Origin: Dehalococcoidia bacterium UBA1141
GTDB lineage: Bacteria > Chloroflexota > Dehalococcoidia > Lucifugimonadales > UBA3495
DNA length: 64,000 nt
Direction: 5' to 3'
NCBI GenBank assembly: GCA_002311385.1
Contig: DCAE01000047.1
Location: 36,090-100,089, forward strand
Part shown: in pieces, positions 58,788-64,000 of the stretch
Position numbering within the stretch: position 1 is the stretch's first letter
Layout: the number at the start of each line of letters is the position of its first letter
The notes under the pieces: generated by a model
Told to the model about the DNA's origin: nothing
Seen by the model: only the letters and a program-made list of their open reading frames with translations
Database searches by the model: none
Translations under genes and position numbers: made by a program

Positions 58788-59231
58788 ATGGCTACTATAC
58801 CAGAACTCAGAAACCAGTACGAAAACTTGGACACCCCTTTGGTCATCAAGGATGAAAGCGAGATTAACGCTGAGTGCTTGCTGACTTTCCAATACGAGTA
58901 TCCGGAGCAGGACACCGAGGTGATCGTTGACACTGACGAATTCACTGCTGTCTGCCCTTGGACCGGCCTTCCAGATTATGGAACGCTGGAGATAAACTAC
59001 GTGCCGGACCAGAGTTGCATCGAACTCAAGTCCTTAAAATATTATCTGCTGTCCTACCGGGACGTGGGCGTGGTCCAAGAGCATGCAGTCAACCGGATAC
59101 TCAAGGACTTAGTGGCCGTGTGCGAGCCACGCTCGATGCGGATAACTCTGGACTACAAGATTCGGGGTGGCCTTCACACCTCCGTAGCGGTGGAGTACCC
59201 GCGGGGCGGGGCCACGAAACCAACTATCTAG
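58788..59231 (+). CDS. queF: NADPH-dependent preQ0 reductase (type I QueF)
   Basis: EFTAVCPWTGLPDY, ELKSLKYYL, RGG. Confidence 0.93.
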   Translation: MATIPELRNQYENLDTPLVIKDESEINAECLLTFQYEYPEQDTEVIVDTDEFTAVCPWTGLPDYGTLEINYVPDQSCIELKSLKYYLLSYRDVGVVQEHAVNRILKDLVAVCEPRSMRITLDYKIRGGLHTSVAVEYPRGGATKPTI

Positions 59232-59232
59232 A

Positions 59233-59973
59233 ATGACTAAGAGTTACGGCGTTACCCTGCTGTCCGGCGGGTTGGACTCCACCACCGTCACCACCTACGC
59301 TCTCCGCCAGACCGGCGACCTGACAGCGCTGACCTTCCAGTACGGCCAGACCCACAGCAAAGAGGTGGAACGCGCCGCAGAGATTTGCCAGGTTATGGGC
59401 ATCCGGCACCAACTGCTGGACATCTCTTTCCTGCGGGACGTAGCGTGGTATTCGGCCCTGACCAATCCCGAACGTTTTCCCGTGCCGGAAGACCGGTCAA
59501 CAGAGCAGATGGGAGTTAGCATTCCCATAACCTATGTGCCGTTGAGAAATACCATCTTCTTGTCCTTGGCCGCCGCATTTCTGGAAAGCCAGGTACTCCA
59601 CGGTATTGAAGTCGAGGGAATTTTACCCCAGGAGATTGAGGCCCGGCTGTATATGGCGCCCAACGCCATTGACTACAGCGGCTACCCCGACTGCCGCCCC
59701 GAATATTTCACCCAAATGTCCCAAGCCCTCAACCACGGAAGCAAGATTTGGACGGAGTATCAGATTCCCTTCCGAGTGGAAACGCCAATCATCGACAAAT
59801 CCAAGGCGGACATCGTCAAAATGGGTTTGGACCTACAAGCTCCTCTGGAACTGACTTGGAGTTGTTATCTGGGGAACGCCACCCCATGCGGTTCCTGCGA
59901 TAGTTGCATCCTGCGAGCAAAGGGATTCCAAGAAGCAGGAGTGCCTGACCCTGCGCTGAACAGGACGGACTAG
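59233..59973 (+). CDS. queC: 7-cyano-7-deazaguanine synthase
   Basis: SGGLDS, YGQ.H..E, TYVPLRN, YSGYPDCRP, TWSCY...CGSCDSC. Confidence 0.95.
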   Translation: MTKSYGVTLLSGGLDSTTVTTYALRQTGDLTALTFQYGQTHSKEVERAAEICQVMGIRHQLLDISFLRDVAWYSALTNPERFPVPEDRSTEQMGVSIPITYVPLRNTIFLSLAAAFLESQVLHGIEVEGILPQEIEARLYMAPNAIDYSGYPDCRPEYFTQMSQALNHGSKIWTEYQIPFRVETPIIDKSKADIVKMGLDLQAPLELTWSCYLGNATPCGSCDSCILRAKGFQEAGVPDPALNRTD

Positions 59974-59978
59974 CCCCA

Positions 59979-60686
59979 GTGCTCCGAGTAAGTAGACAAT
60001 CCAGCGGCGAGCCGGAGGTGTTTTACTCCCTGCAAGGTGAAGGCGCAAACATCGGAGGCCCTTCCGTATTCCTCCGCTTGGCCACATGTAACCTGGCCTG
60101 CACCTGGTGCGACACCAAATACACCTGGGACTGGGCGAACTTTGACTATAATCAGGAAGTGATGTCCCTGGAATCCTCTCAGATAGAGGAGAAGATTCTC
60201 GGCTTTGGTTGCTCCAACCTAGTCATCACCGGTGGTGAGCCCCTACTCCAGCAGTCCGAACTGGTTCCTCTGGTAGCGTCGCTGAAATCTCGAGGGATGA
60301 CTTTCGAGGTGGAGACCAACGGCACCATTGCGCCGTTGCCCGAACTAGTGCGGGACATCGACCAATGGAACGTCTCTCCCAAATTGGCCAACTCAGGAAA
60401 TCCAGCCGACCGACGGGAAGACGCTTCAGCCCTGACCGCCTTCCGAGAACTTCCCAACGCCTACTTCAAATTCGTCGTTAATGCGGCAGGGGATGTGGAA
60501 GAAGTCTGCGCGTTACGGGACAGGCACAATCTGCCGAACCAGCGGATAATTTTGATGCCCCAGGGGCAGACTCCGGAAGCACTTAAATTACGCAGCGGCT
60601 GGGTCAGCGAAGCCTGCGTCAAAGAGGGGTTTCGCTTTTCCACCAGACTGCACATATTGCTGTGGGGGGATGAGAGGGGACGGTGA
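59979..60686 (+). CDS. queE: 7-carboxy-7-deazaguanine synthase (radical SAM)
   Basis: FYSLQGEG, CNLACTWCDT, ITGGEPLL, VETNGT, VSPK, RLH. Confidence 0.95.
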   Translation: MLRVSRQSSGEPEVFYSLQGEGANIGGPSVFLRLATCNLACTWCDTKYTWDWANFDYNQEVMSLESSQIEEKILGFGCSNLVITGGEPLLQQSELVPLVASLKSRGMTFEVETNGTIAPLPELVRDIDQWNVSPKLANSGNPADRREDASALTAFRELPNAYFKFVVNAAGDVEEVCALRDRHNLPNQRIILMPQGQTPEALKLRSGWVSEACVKEGFRFSTRLHILLWGDERGR

Positions 60687-60741
60687 GTTGGCAACCGGAG
60701 ATATTTCTTTTGGAAAAGAAGTCTCTCTTGCGGCCCAGAAC

Positions 60742-62112
60742 CTACAAATTCGCAGTCAACTCTTTGATGTCTGCAAGGGATTCGAGGCGGTCAACCAAGT
60801 CGACAACCCGGCCAGCCCCTTCTTCGCCCAGTGCGTCATTGGCCAAAAACTTGAATTTCTCTATCAGTTCTTGCTTGGGCACCGGGTTTAGAGTGTCGCC
60901 TCGGTGGGCAGTGACGCTGTCCGTAATTTCGTGACCGTTCTGCAACCGCACCGTGACCCTGGCTGCCGGGTAATCGAACCGGCGCAGGCTCATATCCGGG
61001 TCTCCCAAGACACGAACTTTCCGGGCCAATTCCCGCACCCGCGGGTCATCCACCTTGTCGGGATAGAAGGCCGTCACATCGGTTGTCTCATGGATTAGGG
61101 ATGCCGCAACCGCATAGGGAATCGAGAATTTGGCGGCGAGCATGTTTTCGGGCGCCGGGTCGGCCATTATCAAAGCCAGCGGTGGTGCTTCAACTCGTAT
61201 TTCTTCCACTTCTTCAGCCGAGAACTTCAACGTTCGGGTGATGGACAGAAAGGCGTCCAAAACGGGATGGTTGTACAAACAGCAGGCATGGAGCTTGAAA
61301 TAGTTCTGCTGAATGCGGTAATTTTTCGGCTGGCCCAGACCGTCTACCACCGCCTCCGGGACGAATCCTTCGCCTATCAGATTGCTGTAGAGGTCTGTGG
61401 GGCCATCATCGATGGCGGTGAAGCCGCAGCGGACCAGATTGGCCGCCAAGATACCCTGAAATCCCGACCGGCCCGGGTAGAGGTTTCGCACAGTGGCGCC
61501 CTCCAAGCAAGGGGTCCAGGTGTTGGCCGGGCTCATGGACATCGCCATATTCATGGCTTGCCTGGTCTCTGATGCGTCGTAGCCCAGCAGCCTGGCGGTC
61601 AGCGCCGCAGTGCCGATGGTGCCCCAAGTGCCGTGGGAGTGCACCTGCTGCTTGGGCAAGGTCGCGCCGCCAATCCTGGAAGTGACTTCGTATCCGACAA
61701 TCACGCTTTCCAAGAAGGCTTCGCCGCCCAAACCTTGTGCCTCGGCCATGGCCAATGCCGAGGGCATCACGTGGATGGACGCATGTCCGCCTCCTTGCCG
61801 GTTCCCTTCGTCCATCTCCAAGGCTACACCGGCTGTGCCATTGACCAAAGTAGCGAACCCCGGCTGAACTTTACTAACGTGTCCGAGTATGGAAGAAGAT
61901 CCTGCTCCGCTCATCCCGGTGGCCAGCAGAGCCAACTTGGCGTTCTCATCTTGGCGGCTACCCGCAAGGATTGCGCCGATAGTGTCCAGCACCACCAGCT
62001 TGGCCGCCTCAACGGTGGATTCATCAAGGTCATCCAGGCGGGTAGTAACGACGAAATCGGAAAGTTGGTCTAAATAATCTGAGGGCATGGCAGCCTCCGG
62101 AGACGAAAGCAT
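60742..62112 (-). CDS. MmgE/PrpD family protein
   Basis: LDTIGA, NGTAG..LEMDEG...GH, GYEV, FKLHACC...HP, AKFSIPY. Confidence 0.9.
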   Translation of the reverse strand: MLSSPEAAMPSDYLDQLSDFVVTTRLDDLDESTVEAAKLVVLDTIGAILAGSRQDENAKLALLATGMSGAGSSSILGHVSKVQPGFATLVNGTAGVALEMDEGNRQGGGHASIHVMPSALAMAEAQGLGGEAFLESVIVGYEVTSRIGGATLPKQQVHSHGTWGTIGTAALTARLLGYDASETRQAMNMAMSMSPANTWTPCLEGATVRNLYPGRSGFQGILAANLVRCGFTAIDDGPTDLYSNLIGEGFVPEAVVDGLGQPKNYRIQQNYFKLHACCLYNHPVLDAFLSITRTLKFSAEEVEEIRVEAPPLALIMADPAPENMLAAKFSIPYAVAASLIHETTDVTAFYPDKVDDPRVRELARKVRVLGDPDMSLRRFDYPAARVTVRLQNGHEITDSVTAHRGDTLNPVPKQELIEKFKFLANDALGEEGAGRVVDLVDRLESLADIKELTANL

Positions 62113-62395
62113 TAATCTGTGACCGTTGAGATTTCAGGGGTCAGGTAAGCAGTTGGGCTTGATGCCCGGTAGTTATTGGCCTAGTCTACTTATATGTGCG
62201 AGCCTCAAGACACCAAATTCTCGCTTTTGGCCAACCTGCTCAGCCCAATGCCGTTGAGACGCAAGCTATTCTTGACGGTTTCCAACACTCTCACCAAGCT
62301 CCGGCGGCGCCAGGGATGCTGCGGAAACTTGGGACAGCCTGGCTGTTGACTTAGCTCCACACAGCCGCCCGTGGAAGGCGGTTAATGGAAGGCGG

Positions 62396-63253
62396 CTAGA
62401 CGCTGGCACTTTCAGTTTCCAATCCCTTCCACCAATGACGGCCTCGGCCACGCCGCTTGCGGGTGAATCCTAACTTGGTGAGTTGAATCCCAAAGCTGCG
62501 CTGGACCAGTGGATCTTGGCCGGCGCTTTCACACCAGTCCAGGTAATTTTGGTAAAGGTCGGAAGCAATGGTGTAGGACTCTTTACCCAATACACATCTG
62601 GCTTCGATAAATTCGGACAATGACTTATCGGATATTATCGGCATGGGAATCTGGCCGATTGGTTCTTCCAGTACCGGAGCAGCGATTGGGCCCATCTGCT
62701 CCAGAGCGTCGGCAAGGTAGTCCAAGAGCTCCAAGTATTTTTCCAGGCCGCCGATATTTTCCCAATAGACTGGTTTTCCGTCCAACTCCGTAGCATCCAA
62801 CACGAAGTCAATCTTAGCGACCTCGAACCGGCTTTGAAACGGCCCTTTACAATCCCAAACGGGGGACAGCATCCCTTGACTCAAAGCTCGGCTAAGCAGA
62901 TAAATCGAGCACCGGGCAGCACGCAAGTCCAAGTCTGGCTCTTTTAACGGGGACGATTCGGAGGATGCGCTGGCGGCAGCGCCAAAAACGTAGTCCAAAG
63001 TGCGTTGGGTCAGCATCGCCGAGAAAGTGACCCCTCCCCGAAGTTGGTTACTGATGCAGCGCGCCAAATCCTGCTCGTTCCGCAGCTCTAGGGGATTAAA
63101 AATCCTTTCCAAAGTTCCTGGAGCGCCGGGAACCACCGAGTTGCCTGTGGGCAAATGGTCCTTGGTAATCATTCCTTTCTTGGCGCCAGCCCACAGGGCC
63201 ATGGCCAAAGCCAGGTTTTCCCAAACCATCCTGATTTCCAAAGCAGGCTCCAC
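62396..63253 (-). CDS. Hypothetical protein with C-terminal D5/P4-primase-type winged-helix domain
   Basis: FIEARCV......ASDLYQNYLDWC...G..PL.QRSFG..L...GF.RKR......W.GL. Confidence 0.65.
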   Translation of the reverse strand: MEPALEIRMVWENLALAMALWAGAKKGMITKDHLPTGNSVVPGAPGTLERIFNPLELRNEQDLARCISNQLRGGVTFSAMLTQRTLDYVFGAAASASSESSPLKEPDLDLRAARCSIYLLSRALSQGMLSPVWDCKGPFQSRFEVAKIDFVLDATELDGKPVYWENIGGLEKYLELLDYLADALEQMGPIAAPVLEEPIGQIPMPIISDKSLSEFIEARCVLGKESYTIASDLYQNYLDWCESAGQDPLVQRSFGIQLTKLGFTRKRRGRGRHWWKGLETESASV

Positions 63254-63358
63254 GATCCACCCCTCCCAATTTGCTGTTTACCGGTTGATGTCTGCAGGTC
63301 GCTGTGTGACAGGTTGTGTATGACGGGATCGCCGGTTCTAGTCTGCCAAGACCCAGAG

Positions 63359-64000
63359 CTAGGAGCTAATGTCCATCACCACCTTGATGACGTTGTCCAG
63401 GCGCTGCTCGTACATGTCATAGGCTTCCTGCACCTGAGATAATCCTATACGGTGGGTAATTAACCCGGACGGGTCGCACCAGCCTCTTTCCCGCAAACCC
63501 ACGATTTCTTTGATGTGGGATGTCGGGTCGCCGCTGCGGGCGCCGGTAGTGGGTATTATTCTGGGTTGTTTCTCCATCAGCAGGTTGTGCTCGATGGGGA
63601 CAAAGTCATCGGCTTGAATACCGAAGACGATTACAGTGCCGAACTGCTTTATCAGTCTGAAAGCCATATTAAATGTGTCGGGGTAACCGGCGGCCTCAAC
63701 AACCACGTCCGGTCCCTCTCCACCGGTAATCTCCGTCACTGCCTCTTCAACGTTCTCCCGCTCCGGGTTGACCGTATGGGTGGCTCCAAACTCCCTAGCT
63801 TTTTCCAAGCGGTTGTCCAGTAAATCTATGCCGATTACGGAGCGGGCGCCGCAACGGGAGGTAATCATCGTGAAGCTCAGTCCTATGCTGCCCTGGCCCA
63901 AAACCACTACATTTTTCCCCAGCAGATTGGGCATCTGCTGGCAAGAATACAAGACGGTCCCCGACGGCTGGCACATAACCCATTCGTCCAATGGGCCGTG
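63359..64000 (-). CDS. Zinc-binding (MDR) dehydrogenase, 5' end outside the window
   Basis: VLGQGSIG, GATHTVNP, GPDVVVEAAG, LITHR, IKVV. Confidence 0.88.
   Translation of the reverse strand, partial: HGPLDEWVMCQPSGTVLYSCQQMPNLLGKNVVVLGQGSIGLSFTMITSRCGARSVIGIDLLDNRLEKAREFGATHTVNPERENVEEAVTEITGGEGPDVVVEAAGYPDTFNMAFRLIKQFGTVIVFGIQADDFVPIEHNLLMEKQPRIIPTTGARSGDPTSHIKEIVGLRERGWCDPSGLITHRIGLSQVQEAYDMYEQRLDNVIKVVMDISS

Noticed and set aside
58788-60686. queFCE as a 7-deazaguanine DNA-modification (dpd) system, or a preQ1 riboswitch upstream
   Set aside because: No dpdA/tgt-like gene nearby, QueF points to tRNA queuosine synthesis, and no preQ1 aptamer pattern is visible in the short leader.
1-64000. 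CRISPR arrays, tRNA/rRNA genes, integrase or transposase genes, selA/selB/selC/selD
   Set aside because: None recognised in the window by eye; the Sec machinery must lie elsewhere if the selenoprotein calls are right.

Overview
Bacterial chromosomal window, about 55-58% GC by eye. The gene content (CoA-transferase, enoyl-CoA hydratases, acyl-CoA dehydrogenase, MmgE/PrpD, family-5 ABC binding protein, cobamide genes) suggests Chloroflexota/Dehalococcoidia, SAR202-like; this is an inference. It holds housekeeping and metabolic genes, two defence-type loci (an Hhe-like DUF4011 helicase-nuclease and a TerY-P vWA/PP2C/kinase triad), comEA plus a comEC broken by one stop, a cobamide operon led by a HutX-like gene behind an unrecognised terminator-containing leader, queFCE, and a decaying HK97-type head gene cluster with no integrase, terminase or portal. 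The main signal that the ORF track hides is three genes split by in-frame UGA codons at expected Cys positions, each followed by a SECIS-like hairpin. They are a class III adenylyl cyclase with an N-terminal CxxC-x26-CxxU finger, a BtuF-like binding protein (CxxU) and an OsmC-like protein. The phage-like cluster also contains a 29-bp micro-inversion between 10-bp inverted repeats, and a 17-bp inverted repeat flanks its promoter region.
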